In this document: piece by piece, positions 30,323-40,890 of the stretch
Layout of the letters: each line of letters starts with the position of its first letter
Numbering within the stretch: position 1 is the stretch's first letter
Source of the DNA: Bdellovibrionales bacterium RIFOXYD12_FULL_39_22
GTDB lineage: Bacteria > Bdellovibrionota > Bacteriovoracia > Bacteriovoracales > Bacteriovoracaceae
Direction: 5' to 3'
Length of the DNA: 64,000 bases
NCBI GenBank assembly: GCA_001770205.1
Contig: MEQL01000052.1
Location: 1-64,000 of the forward strand
The notes under the pieces: model-generated
What the model was told of the DNA's origin: nothing
Databases searched by the model: none
Seen by the model: the letters and a program-made list of their open reading frames with translations, nothing else
Position numbers and translations under genes: made by a program

Positions 30323-30349
30323 TCTTCGGCCAATCAGATCAAGATCTTA
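30323..30349 (-). promoter_or_regulatory. Sigma28/FliA-type promoter
   Basis: Minus strand TAAG-N15-GCCGAAGA, about 35 nt upstream of ATG 30288. Confidence 0.5.
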
Positions 30350-30466
30350 TTTTTGTTTAAACTAGTGAAACATTTTGCAAAGAGGAAATATCTGCCGATC
30401 TCCTCTACCTATGGCCTGTAGTATAATGACTAAGATGTGCCAATTAAAAAAAACAAGGAGACAAAG

Positions 30467-31303
30467 ATGAATCCTTTTTATCTATTTATTACCATATTTA
30501 TTACCTTTAATTCTTGGGCAAATATCGAAAATGGCCACACAATTGCCCCCACTTTTTTAGAGGAATGCTCCTCAACTAAAGAGTACATGACCACCTATAA
30601 CTTTCTAAAAGGCCATACTGAATTTAAAATTGCACCAATGGAGCAAACGCGTATTGCCGACATCATTTCTCAAAACTGTTCTGGTGCCTCACTTCGTTTC
30701 ATAAAAGTTACTAATTTATTAATTAAGGCCGGATTAGACACCAGCAACTCCATGAATAGTGCTTTAAAATTTATTGCCACAGATGATCAAACTACAGAAA
30801 CATTTATTAACATTTTTCGTGAAGCCTTTTTGGCAAAAGGCCTAGACCTTGACCTTTTAACTGCTCACAAACTAGCGATCTCACTCTCTTCTGAATTCAA
30901 TGGCCAACCAAAAAATGCTCAGGAAGATTTTTCTGCTCTGGTTAAATTTTGTGTATCAGAAGATGGAGTGAATCTGCCTCGGCCGACCTGTGCTCAATTT
31001 GCCGCACGCATAACAAAACTGGGAGAGCGCTTTGCAAATCCAGTGGCGAAGCCTTTTATCAATCTAGTCTATTTTCTTTCGGATAAAAAGAATGGCCCCC
31101 ATCGCCCAATGTTTGAAGCAATGAAGCTAGCAGAAAATATTATTAGCAATGGCCCAATGGCCTATGAAAATTTTTCACAAGCATATAAATTTGCCTCTGC
31201 TAAAAAAGGACTTGATCTACCTGATGATCAGGCACTATCCTTCGCCAGTAACATGGCCGCTCGAACCATTGCCAACAAAGATAAAAAAGAAAACATTAAG
31301 TAA
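30467..31303 (+). CDS. Secreted alpha-helical repeat protein
   Basis: AGGAG RBS; signal peptide; four or more F..(F)....G.(D/N)L....A..(L/F)A repeats. Confidence 0.65.
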   Translation: MNPFYLFITIFITFNSWANIENGHTIAPTFLEECSSTKEYMTTYNFLKGHTEFKIAPMEQTRIADIISQNCSGASLRFIKVTNLLIKAGLDTSNSMNSALKFIATDDQTTETFINIFREAFLAKGLDLDLLTAHKLAISLSSEFNGQPKNAQEDFSALVKFCVSEDGVNLPRPTCAQFAARITKLGERFANPVAKPFINLVYFLSDKKNGPHRPMFEAMKLAENIISNGPMAYENFSQAYKFASAKKGLDLPDDQALSFASNMAARTIANKDKKENIK

Positions 31304-31310
31304 TTAAGAG

Positions 31311-32102
31311 CTAGAAAGAAAACGCTAACATTATCCCGGGAACTAATCCTCCCTGCCCATCATTTAGGAGTGTTGCAGAAGAGCTAATTGGCGCATATAT
31401 TCTTTTTTTATAGTTTTGATGTTCACCGGCCACAATTGACCAGCGAGTTGGAAAAAGAAGTGGAGTAAATGCCAAAATAGCGGCCGTAGCATCAATAAGT
31501 GCAGCAGCAGTTCCTTCCCTGGCATGTGAGGCCATGTAAATATTTGCGGCAGCATTAGTGATAACGGAAGTCCAAACTAGTCTTGTAGAAAAAGAGCTAG
31601 CTCGATTAATGGACTCTTCTGCTAATCTTTCTCTCAGTAGAATTTGTCTCCGACTCATTCCCTTTTTTTCTCCATCGGCATATGGAGCAATTGCCGCTAG
31701 GCCGTCACTATAGGGGGTGAAAAACTTATTCAATAAAAAAGTTGCGGCCAACCATCCTCCTCCCACCGCCATCCCTACTAGCGGACTGGCCTGATTTTCT
31801 GCTAACTTCTCATCCCAACCATCATCGGGTGATGGCGCCAAAGGATCGCTACTAGTTTCCGTGTTAACATTTTCGTAATGGCCAATTTGATAGATACCGG
31901 CAAGTAATGTTGCTGCAGCAGAAATTTGCAGTTCACGATAAAAAGCAAGGCCCTCTTTTTTTTCTTCCATTTTTAAACGCTCAGAGGCCAAAGGCACTAC
32001 TTCTAACTCTGGATAAGTAAGCTCATCTTTGGCATAAGATTTTGTTAGCAGCATTACCAAGCAAATTAGTGCAATATTAAAATAACGAATCTTGATTACC
32101 AT
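31311..32102 (-). CDS. Hypothetical membrane protein with signal peptide
   Basis: GGAGG RBS before ATG 32102; several hydrophobic helices; C-terminal ...LAFSF. Confidence 0.6.
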   Translation of the reverse strand: MVIKIRYFNIALICLVMLLTKSYAKDELTYPELEVVPLASERLKMEEKKEGLAFYRELQISAAATLLAGIYQIGHYENVNTETSSDPLAPSPDDGWDEKLAENQASPLVGMAVGGGWLAATFLLNKFFTPYSDGLAAIAPYADGEKKGMSRRQILLRERLAEESINRASSFSTRLVWTSVITNAAANIYMASHAREGTAAALIDATAAILAFTPLLFPTRWSIVAGEHQNYKKRIYAPISSSATLLNDGQGGLVPGIMLAFSF

Positions 32103-32223
32103 GGTGGCCTCCGAAAAAATTAGAGATAATAGCAATGATGTACTATGATAAATACTTTTTGCTCAATTTTGCAATTTAAACTACACTTAATCATCAAAAT
32201 TAATTTCAACCACTGGGGGCACT

Positions 32224-33297
32224 ATGTCTAACCAATTTCTTTTTTTAATTTTATTTTTTGTTTCCATAATTTTACCGAAAACGTTATTGGCACAATCAAC
32301 TGAACACGCCGGAACTATCGTAAAAGTTCAAGGTACTGTTGATGTGTACACCCACCCTAGCAAAAGTCCACAAGGAGTATCCCCTCGCATCCTTTATGAT
32401 AATGAATATTACACCACAATTCCTGCCAAACTTGGCCATAAGGTGGTAGCAGGAGACGTTATAAGAACTGGGAACGGAGCAAAAGCACGCATCGTTTATA
32501 AAAATGGAGATCAATTCAATGTAGGAGAAGGAACAGAATATCGCGTAACCGTTCTGCGCACCAACATAGAGGGAAAAGATAAGTCTGTTATAAATATGAT
32601 GCGTGGCCAACTGCGGGCCATCATCTCCAAAGAAGGGCCTAGGAACAACATGGAAGTAAAAACTCAAAACGCTTCTATGGGTGTAAGGGGTACCGATTTT
32701 TTTGTGGCCCAAAATGGAAATTTAGGGAAAGCAGAAGTTTCAGTACTTAGAGGAGAAGTGGAAGTAAAAATAGCTCCTCCCAAAGTTGAAACAACAAAAA
32801 AAGAAACCACTTCGTCTTTGGCAAAAGCAGAAGTAATCAGCGTTAAACCTGGTTTTTCGGCGCAATGGCAAGCTCCGGCCACTGAAGAAAAAAAATCAGA
32901 CAACAACAAAGCAACTACTTCTGCTCCAGAACCAATTAAGGCCAACACAATCGTTTTACAAAAAACAACACAAACTGATCTAATTAAAATACAGCAAAAT
33001 TCGGTTATTCCGCAAACGCAAGTTACTGAAGAAAAAATGTCAGCAACAGTGGCCAAAGAAATGGCCATTTTAGAAAAGGCAGCGGTCGAAACAACCATGA
33101 AAGATATCAAAGCGCATGACCCACAACTTTACGCCAAACTAGAAAAAAATAATGTAAGTAGTGTCTCTGCAATAAATAGTGAAGTTGTAAAAGAAGTTTT
33201 TCAAGAAGCACCAAAAGCGCCTGGAAAACCAGGCGCTGCCGCTTTGAATGATTTGGATGAGGACGCATACGAAAAATATTTTGCCCCAGAAGAATAA
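32224..33297 (+). CDS. FecR-domain secreted protein
   Basis: Signal peptide; GDVIRTG...A.I...G; T.NASMGVRGTDF; V.VLRGEV. Confidence 0.85.
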   Translation: MSNQFLFLILFFVSIILPKTLLAQSTEHAGTIVKVQGTVDVYTHPSKSPQGVSPRILYDNEYYTTIPAKLGHKVVAGDVIRTGNGAKARIVYKNGDQFNVGEGTEYRVTVLRTNIEGKDKSVINMMRGQLRAIISKEGPRNNMEVKTQNASMGVRGTDFFVAQNGNLGKAEVSVLRGEVEVKIAPPKVETTKKETTSSLAKAEVISVKPGFSAQWQAPATEEKKSDNNKATTSAPEPIKANTIVLQKTTQTDLIKIQQNSVIPQTQVTEEKMSATVAKEMAILEKAAVETTMKDIKAHDPQLYAKLEKNNVSSVSAINSEVVKEVFQEAPKAPGKPGAAALNDLDEDAYEKYFAPEE

Positions 33298-33316
33298 GCT
33301 TTCCTCTAGCTAGCAA

Positions 33317-33658
33317 CTATTTGCCACGTCCTCGACCACTACCATCACAATTTCCACTGCCTTTGCCTTGTCTTTTCATTTTCATTTTCATTTTCTGTCC
33401 CTGTCCATCCATTTTTGCATTGGCCGGACGGCCACGATATTTAGCACGATCTTCCGCACTCATTGCGGCAATCCGCACCTGCCATTCCGCTCGAAAGGCA
33501 TCTCTTTGCTCTGATGTGGCATCCCTCAAAGTTCCACGAATAGCATTCAATTCTTCCACTGTTTTAGAACTGTAGTCATAATCTACGGCCATCACTGATA
33601 GCGATAGTAGTGACACAAATAATGTTGATACAATTTTCTTTCCTAAACTGTTACTCAT
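33317..33658 (-). CDS. DUF1104-like secreted protein with basic Gly-rich tail
   Basis: Signal peptide; DYSSKTVEELNAIRG...RDAFRAEWQVR; GGAGG RBS. Confidence 0.7.
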   Translation of the reverse strand: MSNSLGKKIVSTLFVSLLSLSVMAVDYDYSSKTVEELNAIRGTLRDATSEQRDAFRAEWQVRIAAMSAEDRAKYRGRPANAKMDGQGQKMKMKMKRQGKGSGNCDGSGRGRGK

Positions 33659-33891
33659 AAAAAGACCTCCGTTGTTATGCCACCGCCTCTATTTTTTTTA
33701 CTGCGCTGGCAGATCTGTTTTTCATACAAACTAAACGCTCCAGAAGAGAAGATGGTTGCAAAAATCTTTTCGCCTTAAGTTTTATCAGTAAATTCATCCA
33801 CTTATTTACGACTAAAACGCTCTACCTCTGAGCATTTTTTTGACTCCTTAGATAAAAATGGTTCTAATGGAGTATAAAAGGAGAGCTCTTG

Positions 33892-35019
33892 ATGAAAAAT
33901 AGATTAGCGCTGTTACTACTGGCCACCTTTATATTTTACCGGCCACTTCTTTATGCTACCGACTGGATTGCAAAGGCCCATATCTTTGTGCCAACTGCCG
34001 GACTCGTAGAGACAATTCTCCCTCCCAATTTGCATAAAATATTTCCGGACAACAGTGAATCTTTAGATGGCACTCTAATCGCCCCCAGCGGTGATCAAGT
34101 TGACATATACTCCTATTTTATTGGTAACGCTGAAGAAAAAGAACTAATTTTAGAGGCCAGCGCAACAGCACCAAATGAGTCAGGGAAAGTGGCCATAACT
34201 TATGACATTCCAGATAATTTTCTATCCTATCGCTTTTCGCTACTAAATAATGGCGCGGCCGAACTTGATTCCCCAGGAATCATGGCAGAGGCCATTTTTC
34301 ATGGCAACTGGATACCTATCAGTCTCAATCAAAAAGTAACCTCGGCATTCTACAAAAAAATTCGACTAACCTTCCCCTCTTCTACTACTAATGGCATGGA
34401 AAAAAAATTATCTGCTACCGGCAACTATGAGGGAGAGGATTTTTCCACAACAATGATTTCTCTACCTTTATCTGGAGATAATGGCGAGATTGGCAATACC
34501 ATGGCCATATTTCCAGGAAGCGGTCTGATCATTGAAAAATTAATAGTGGGGCTAAGTGAAAAGTTTGCTGGACAATGGTATCTTCCTCAATTCGCTCTGT
34601 CTGGTAATGCTGATGGAGATCAATTTGAAATTCCCCTGGACAAAATTTTAAATTTCACCACTCTTATTATTAAACTCAGAGCTACAGATGAAAGGCCCTA
34701 TGAAATCACCAGTATTCAGGCCAAATGCAAATTAAAAAAAATTGCCTTTCTCGCACAAACTGGTGGTGATTATATCTTTACCGTAGGCAGTGGACAGCAA
34801 ATTAAATCCTCGCCCTTGCCTGTTAGCGCTACTGATAACCAAAATCTTCCAATAAAACAGATTCTCGGTCTAACTGATATTATAAAAAATCCCGCGCTTG
34901 ATAATGATAAAAAAACAGCTAGCGGATACTCCAAACTCGTAATATATTTAATTGTTACTTTTTTTGTCATAATGGTTGGCACATTGCTGGCCCGTTTTTT
35001 TTGGGCAATGAAAAAGTGA
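33892..35019 (+). CDS. Secreted protein with C-terminal membrane anchor (DUF3999-like layout)
   Basis: N-terminal signal; beta-rich body; FLAQTGGDY...G; C-terminal TM. Confidence 0.5.
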   Translation: MKNRLALLLLATFIFYRPLLYATDWIAKAHIFVPTAGLVETILPPNLHKIFPDNSESLDGTLIAPSGDQVDIYSYFIGNAEEKELILEASATAPNESGKVAITYDIPDNFLSYRFSLLNNGAAELDSPGIMAEAIFHGNWIPISLNQKVTSAFYKKIRLTFPSSTTNGMEKKLSATGNYEGEDFSTTMISLPLSGDNGEIGNTMAIFPGSGLIIEKLIVGLSEKFAGQWYLPQFALSGNADGDQFEIPLDKILNFTTLIIKLRATDERPYEITSIQAKCKLKKIAFLAQTGGDYIFTVGSGQQIKSSPLPVSATDNQNLPIKQILGLTDIIKNPALDNDKKTASGYSKLVIYLIVTFFVIMVGTLLARFFWAMKK

Positions 35020-35876
35020 AGAAAGAGTCGTCGCTCATCGTAATATATAATTTGGCCATATTTTTACTGGCCCTAATTTATTTTAAAGTTTTTGTTTATC
35101 TGTACTTTGTCCCGATTGCCATCTTTTCTACTATTTTTTTTCTCCACCCTAAAATAATAAAACAATCACCCTCTATTCAACTTCTTGTCCAAATGGCCAT
35201 GCTTTTCATTCTCGTTACAAACGACTACTATTTGGTTGGCCTGATCGATAAGCTAAGTGGTGGCCTCCCTAGACTAGATCACTTCTTTGCTAATTTCGAT
35301 AGCTGGCTATTTGGAGATCAATTTTCAATCCTTTTCGAGCAGCTACTTGCTAATCTTGGAAATCTTCTTTCCAAACTACTCAATGACTTACTTATAACCG
35401 TATATGTCTCTTACTTCCTGAATGCCTTTATTGTCGGAACAATCTGTTATCAATTTGCAGGCCTTGATCAGGCCAAAACTTTCTTTTTTTCGCTAATGCT
35501 TTTTTATATGATCAATTTTTTACTCTACCTATTGGTTCCAGTAACTGGCCCACAATTTTTTCTATCTGAAAGCTACCAAAACCAGCCACTTTTTTCCGCT
35601 TGGGGTAGACTCCTTTACTCTTGGGTTCGCGAAGGCCAGACAACTTTCATTGATGGATTTCCTAGTGGCCATTTTGGAGTAACCTTTTTACTTACCATCT
35701 GGTTGTTTAACTTAGGGCATCGAACAAAATATCTTTTTCTGGCCATCTCTTTACTTATGGCCGGAGCAACTATGGCATTACGCTTCCATTACTCACTTGA
35801 TCTTCTGGCCGCAGTTCCACTTGCAGCTATAAGCTTCTATCTTGGAAAGCGCTTTAAGACACTGTCAATTATTTAG
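35016..35876 (+). CDS. PAP2-superfamily membrane phosphatase/phosphotransferase (PAP2_3-like)
   Basis: PVTGP, FPSGH and RFHYSLD motifs; multiple TMs; GTGA overlap with the previous gene. Confidence 0.85.
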   Translation: MKKESSLIVIYNLAIFLLALIYFKVFVYLYFVPIAIFSTIFFLHPKIIKQSPSIQLLVQMAMLFILVTNDYYLVGLIDKLSGGLPRLDHFFANFDSWLFGDQFSILFEQLLANLGNLLSKLLNDLLITVYVSYFLNAFIVGTICYQFAGLDQAKTFFFSLMLFYMINFLLYLLVPVTGPQFFLSESYQNQPLFSAWGRLLYSWVREGQTTFIDGFPSGHFGVTFLLTIWLFNLGHRTKYLFLAISLLMAGATMALRFHYSLDLLAAVPLAAISFYLGKRFKTLSII

Positions 35877-35995
35877 ACGGCCCAATAGTTTATATACAGT
35901 CAGGAAACAAAAACAACACAGTTAAAGCATAAAATCTTGGCAAACAAGTTGCAATGTATTGGCCAGGAGCTTTACAATTTTTTAGGGAGACAAAT

Positions 35996-36547
35996 ATGTT
36001 TACAAAAACCTCGATACCGCTTCTATTAATTACTCTAACCACTATGCTTCTTTCTTGTGGCCAGCCTCTTAATAAGATCAAATTGGATAAAAAACAGCAG
36101 GTCTCCAACAGTCAATCTGATGCTGGCCTGTTGCCCGCAGTTGCAGATTCAAGCTTTGATCCTTTTGATGCAACGGTTGCCTTAAACTACGAAGGTAAGT
36201 ATTACGGCTTCAATGCCTATAAGGGTGAAGATGAAATCTTCAAGCGCTGGGCCGATCAAGACAAACCATCGAATATAGTTACCGCGGCAACTTCTTACTG
36301 TGGAGATCTATCGAGTGATATTGTGGGCCCCTTAAGTGATACCAGTATAATCCGCTTTGATGCCAACGAAGTCGTGATGTTTCGTGAGACGGCCGGAACT
36401 CCCCAATACTGCTATGACAGTATTGGCTATGATACTTTCATGTCAATCATCATCTCTATTGGCGATGGAATCTTCTCTCTTCGCTGGTCACAACTAATAG
36501 AAGGGCCAACCCCAAGCACAAATGTAGAAGAAAGCACATGGATCTAG
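35996..36547 (+). CDS. Hypothetical lipoprotein
   Basis: AGGGAG RBS; lipobox LLSC. Confidence 0.7.
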   Translation: MFTKTSIPLLLITLTTMLLSCGQPLNKIKLDKKQQVSNSQSDAGLLPAVADSSFDPFDATVALNYEGKYYGFNAYKGEDEIFKRWADQDKPSNIVTAATSYCGDLSSDIVGPLSDTSIIRFDANEVVMFRETAGTPQYCYDSIGYDTFMSIIISIGDGIFSLRWSQLIEGPTPSTNVEESTWI

Positions 36548-36625
36548 ACAAAACAAAATGTCTAAAATTCTTGTCATAAAAAAGGCCAATTTTTTAAAAT
36601 TATCTTCCGACGATTTTATCAAGCT

Positions 36626-37249
36626 CTATTGCCAAGGCCGTTGATCACCCGAGCGGGCCAACAACACACGCGCCACCATAATATCAAGTGCTTTTTCTAA
36701 ATGTTTTTGAATGGTCTGGCCTTCAATAATTCCCAACATCCTAGCAATCGCTTCCAGGGTACAAACTGCCTCTGGATAAGGTTCGGTACGTAAACGATAT
36801 GCCGACAATGCTCCGCCTGGCGGCAATTTTACAGCAGGGAGAGAACGAAAAATCTCCTCTCGCTTTTTCATTTTAAATGCCTGCCGCCAACTTCCATCTG
36901 GAACAATTATCTGATACGGCCCGGGATTTTTTTGTAAGAAATTAGCATTAACTTCTTCAGCGTCTTGATAAGGAAAAAGAAATAATTGTCTATATCCAGG
37001 AAGCATTAGACTACTTAACGCCAACTCGTTACTACCTTTTTGTTCTCCCCTCAAGCGTATTTCCGAATTGGAAAGAAGAAGATGGGCCAATCTCGCAGTA
37101 TTATTTGATAAATTTGCCTCTCGCGCATGCATAATTATGGAAATACGCACCGAGGATGACATCGGAAGTAAATACTCACAAAAGCAAAAGCGATAATTAA
37201 CCTGACAACGTTTGCAACGATCAGAAGTGGAAGAGCGACGCTTACTCAT
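36626..37249 (-). CDS. tapT: DTW-domain tRNA-uridine aminocarboxypropyltransferase
   Basis: CxxC...CxC; H..E....NT; PDGSWRQA; YRLR; CTLEA. Confidence 0.9.
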   Translation of the reverse strand: MSKRRSSTSDRCKRCQVNYRFCFCEYLLPMSSSVRISIIMHAREANLSNNTARLAHLLLSNSEIRLRGEQKGSNELALSSLMLPGYRQLFLFPYQDAEEVNANFLQKNPGPYQIIVPDGSWRQAFKMKKREEIFRSLPAVKLPPGGALSAYRLRTEPYPEAVCTLEAIARMLGIIEGQTIQKHLEKALDIMVARVLLARSGDQRPWQ

Positions 37250-37326
37250 AATATTTCCCAAAAGTTGACTATCGTATATCAATCTGCAGACTGGCCGACC
37301 ACTAAATTTTGGTGGTATTATTAGCT

Positions 37327-38721
37327 ATGGACAATAATAAATTTGATGCAATAGTTATTGGCAGTGGCCCAGCAGGAGAAGGTGCGGCGATGAAAATCGC
37401 CAAGGCCGGGAAAAAAGTTGCTATTATTGAAAAATTTCACACCATTGGTGGCTGCTCTGCCCACTTTGGAACCATTCCCAGCAAAGTTTTGCGACAATCC
37501 ATCCAAGAAATTACGGCCATAAAAAATAATCCGCTTTTTCAAAATTTAAAACTAGCAGATAATCTCAATATATCCTATCCACAATTGTTGCAACGATCTC
37601 ATGATGTGATTGCCGAACAAGTTAAAATGCGCATTGGTTTTTATAAACGTAACAACATTAAAATAATTCATGGACACGCTAAGTTTTTAGACACAAATAC
37701 CATCGAAATTGTTAGTAACGATGGAATTGGCCAAACCAGTTCCTATCAGGCAAATGCTTTTTTTATTGCCACTGGCTCGGCCCCATACCATCCTCCCAAT
37801 GTTGATTTTAGCAATTCACAAATTTTAGATAGCAACACCATTTTAAATCTTTCTGCTACTCCCAAATCACTTACCATTTACGGAGCAGGAGTAATTGGCT
37901 GTGAATACGCCTCCTTTTTTCAAATGCTGGGTGTCAGTGTAAACCTTATTAATACACAGTCACGCCTTTTGAATTTTCTTGATGATGAAATAACCGATGC
38001 CTTAGGCTACCATCTCCGAGAGCAAGGGGTAACTATCTATCACAACGAAACTTACGATAAAGTAGATGCTAAAAATGGCCAAGTTACAGTTACCCTCAAA
38101 TCTGGAAAAAGCATTCGCTCGGAATATCTTCTCTGGGCCAATGGCCGCGCTGGCAATACTCAAAATTTAGGACTGGCAAACATTTCGCTGGTAACAAACA
38201 ACCGAATGCAGTTAGATGTTAATGAGTTTTATCAAACCACTATTCCAACCATCTACGCTATAGGTGATGTTATTGGACATCCAAGTCTGGCCAGTGCCTC
38301 CTTTGATCAGGGCCGTTTTGCCGCAACTCATTTCGTAGAAGGTAGTTGCCAATATAAACTCAACCTAATTCCTACCGGGATCTATACTGCCCCAGAAATT
38401 AGCTCTATCGGAAAAACCGAACGAGAATTGACATCAGAAAAAATACCTTACGAGATTGGCCACTCTACTTTTAAAAATCTCACTCGTGCTCAAATAATTG
38501 GCACCGAAACAGGTATTTTAAAAATTCTTTTTCATCGTGAAAACTTGCAAATACTAGGGGTGCATTGTTTTGGATTAAATGCGGCCGAAATTATTCATAT
38601 TGGCCAAGTAGCAATGGCCCAAGGAGCAGATATAAATTCTCTTATTAATACCACCTTCAACTATCCAACAATGGCCGAAGCATATCGCATCGCTGCACTT
38701 AATGGCATCAACCGTCTATAG
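37327..38721 (+). CDS. sthA: Soluble pyridine nucleotide transhydrogenase
   Basis: [50 protein letters not shown]. Confidence 0.95.
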   Translation: MDNNKFDAIVIGSGPAGEGAAMKIAKAGKKVAIIEKFHTIGGCSAHFGTIPSKVLRQSIQEITAIKNNPLFQNLKLADNLNISYPQLLQRSHDVIAEQVKMRIGFYKRNNIKIIHGHAKFLDTNTIEIVSNDGIGQTSSYQANAFFIATGSAPYHPPNVDFSNSQILDSNTILNLSATPKSLTIYGAGVIGCEYASFFQMLGVSVNLINTQSRLLNFLDDEITDALGYHLREQGVTIYHNETYDKVDAKNGQVTVTLKSGKSIRSEYLLWANGRAGNTQNLGLANISLVTNNRMQLDVNEFYQTTIPTIYAIGDVIGHPSLASASFDQGRFAATHFVEGSCQYKLNLIPTGIYTAPEISSIGKTERELTSEKIPYEIGHSTFKNLTRAQIIGTETGILKILFHRENLQILGVHCFGLNAAEIIHIGQVAMAQGADINSLINTTFNYPTMAEAYRIAALNGINRL

Positions 38722-38733
38722 GATAAAATTGTA

Positions 38734-40881
38734 ATGGCCCTCTCAAAAAAAACTTCCTCGGAACTTCTGGCACCTGCCGGAGACTTTCAGGCGGCGCTGA
38801 CCGCTCTCTCTGCCAGGGCAGATGCTATTTATTTGGGCCTTAAAAACTTTTCGGCCAGAAAATCTGCCGCCAATTTTTCATTCCAGGAACTACAACGACT
38901 AAAAACAAAGACCTCGGCCAGTGGACAGAAAATCTACGTGACATTAAACACTATTATCAAAGAGGATGAATTCGAAGAACTATTCCAAACACTATCAACG
39001 CTTTCCGCAATCAAAGTTGATGCTGTCATTATTCAGGATATAGGTCTTCTCTATTTTATTAAAAAATATTTCCCGCAAATGGCAGTCCATGCCTCTACTC
39101 AGATGGCCATACACAACAGCGCAGGACTGGCCATGGCCTATGAATTAGGAATTAACCGCGTAGTTTTATCTCGCGAACTATCTTTTAATGATATTGGCCA
39201 GCTACGAAAAGAGCATCCCAAAATGGAGCTAGAGGTTTTTATCCATGGGGCCCTTTGCTACTCTTTTTCGGGAATGTGCCTGGCCTCGGGGTTATTACTT
39301 AATCGTTCTGGAAATCGCGGACGCTGCGCCCAGCTTTGTCGCAACTATTTTGAACACGACAATAACTATAAATTTTTTTTCTCCTGCAACGATCTGCATT
39401 TTGGCAAGGCCATTTTAAAACTGCAAGACATTGGGATTAATTCCTTTAAAATTGAAGGACGAATGAAACCTAAGGAGTATATCCAAACCACACTGGAGCT
39501 ATACCGTGCAATCTTAGATAACCCCTCCCTAACACCTGCAGAATACGAACAACTACTTCAAAAACAGTCTCTAACTTTTTCGCGAAAAAAAACCTTGGCC
39601 TATTTTCATAATAATCAAGGCAATGAGTTAATTAACAATACAAATTCTGGCCATCAAGGAATTGTTTTGGGCAGTGTAAGCAAAGTTGAAGGCAAAAATA
39701 TTTCCATCAAGCTGATAAATGATTTGCATAAAAACGATCTGATGCTTTTTTTAAAAAATGGTATCAACAAAGTGCGCTTCGTGGCATTTTCTTTGCGCAA
39801 TGTCAGTGGAAGGCCAGTAGATTTTGTTCCGGCCGGAGCTACCGCCATTACCTCCACCCAAAATTATGACACTCCTACTATCGGCACAGAGATCTTGCTA
39901 ATTGATCATCCGGCCAATGCCATTCCCGATATCGATCACAAGAAGATCCTACCAACTCCCATAGATATCAACTGCGAAATCATTGCCTCAGATAGTGATC
40001 TAAGCTTTGAAATAAATTCAACACCCAAATTACGCTACAAGTTCGACCTGCCCATGGAACCGGCCAGGGGAGAAAGTGATTTTTGCCAAATTCTTCAAGG
40101 TCACTTCGACGAGCATGGTGATTCACTCTACAAAATAGTGATCAAAAAATTTTTAAATCGCTCCAATTTGGTAGCATTGTTTGCTCGGCCTTCTGCCATT
40201 AAAAAGATCAAAAACGAACTCTATCACCAAATCGCTAGCGATATTGCCGATTATCAAATAAAACGCCTATCGCCTATCGACATTAAACTTTCACCACTGA
40301 CAGAAAATTTGACAACCTTTTTACAAACAAGGAAAAATCTCAATCCCCCAGCAAAAAATCTCCCGTTTGCCTCTCTTGATGATCTCCAAACGAATAACCT
40401 CACCAACTATGAACACACCACTTTTATCCCTCTACTGCCCATACTGCTTGATGAGGTAATATACTTTGAAGAACTTGAGCGTCTAATCAAAAAAAATAGT
40501 ACTCAACATTTTTGCCTTGGCATCAACAACCTCTCTCATCTACATCTAGTAAAAAAACTAAACAATACTAGCTTCTTTATAGACTTTTATTTCTATGTGG
40601 CAAATACCTACACCATTGCCCAATTAATCAATTTTATCCCCACCCCAATTTTTGTATACGCATGGGCGGAAGAGAAATCTTGGTCTAAGCAACTAATCGA
40701 AATAAAGGACAAACAATCATTGCCTCTTTTTATTTCTCAAGGATGTTATCATAAACATAATATGGAAAATGGACACTGTCCGCACCAATGCCCGAAAAAC
40801 TTTAACTACTCTTTAACTAATGGTAAAAAAAAATACCAAGTAATTATCAGCGATTGTCTAACCTACCTATTTGCTAATTAG
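38734..40881 (+). CDS. U32-family protein (long RlhA-like RNA hydroxylase type)
   Basis: ELLAPAG, HASTQM, FIHGALCYSFSGMC, NRGRCAQLCR, KIEGRMK; long C-terminal extension. Confidence 0.85.
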   Translation: MALSKKTSSELLAPAGDFQAALTALSARADAIYLGLKNFSARKSAANFSFQELQRLKTKTSASGQKIYVTLNTIIKEDEFEELFQTLSTLSAIKVDAVIIQDIGLLYFIKKYFPQMAVHASTQMAIHNSAGLAMAYELGINRVVLSRELSFNDIGQLRKEHPKMELEVFIHGALCYSFSGMCLASGLLLNRSGNRGRCAQLCRNYFEHDNNYKFFFSCNDLHFGKAILKLQDIGINSFKIEGRMKPKEYIQTTLELYRAILDNPSLTPAEYEQLLQKQSLTFSRKKTLAYFHNNQGNELINNTNSGHQGIVLGSVSKVEGKNISIKLINDLHKNDLMLFLKNGINKVRFVAFSLRNVSGRPVDFVPAGATAITSTQNYDTPTIGTEILLIDHPANAIPDIDHKKILPTPIDINCEIIASDSDLSFEINSTPKLRYKFDLPMEPARGESDFCQILQGHFDEHGDSLYKIVIKKFLNRSNLVALFARPSAIKKIKNELYHQIASDIADYQIKRLSPIDIKLSPLTENLTTFLQTRKNLNPPAKNLPFASLDDLQTNNLTNYEHTTFIPLLPILLDEVIYFEELERLIKKNSTQHFCLGINNLSHLHLVKKLNNTSFFIDFYFYVANTYTIAQLINFIPTPIFVYAWAEEKSWSKQLIEIKDKQSLPLFISQGCYHKHNMENGHCPHQCPKNFNYSLTNGKKKYQVIISDCLTYLFAN

Positions 40882-40890
40882 AAAGTGAAG

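Noticed and set aside
33372..33395. (TTTTCA)n hexamer repeat
   Set aside because: In-frame low-complexity KMKMKM tail; too short to imply phase variation
33729..33822. ACTAAA(A)CGCTC direct repeat in a divergent intergenic region
   Set aside because: Only two imperfect copies about 80 nt apart; not a CRISPR array and too weak to call an operator
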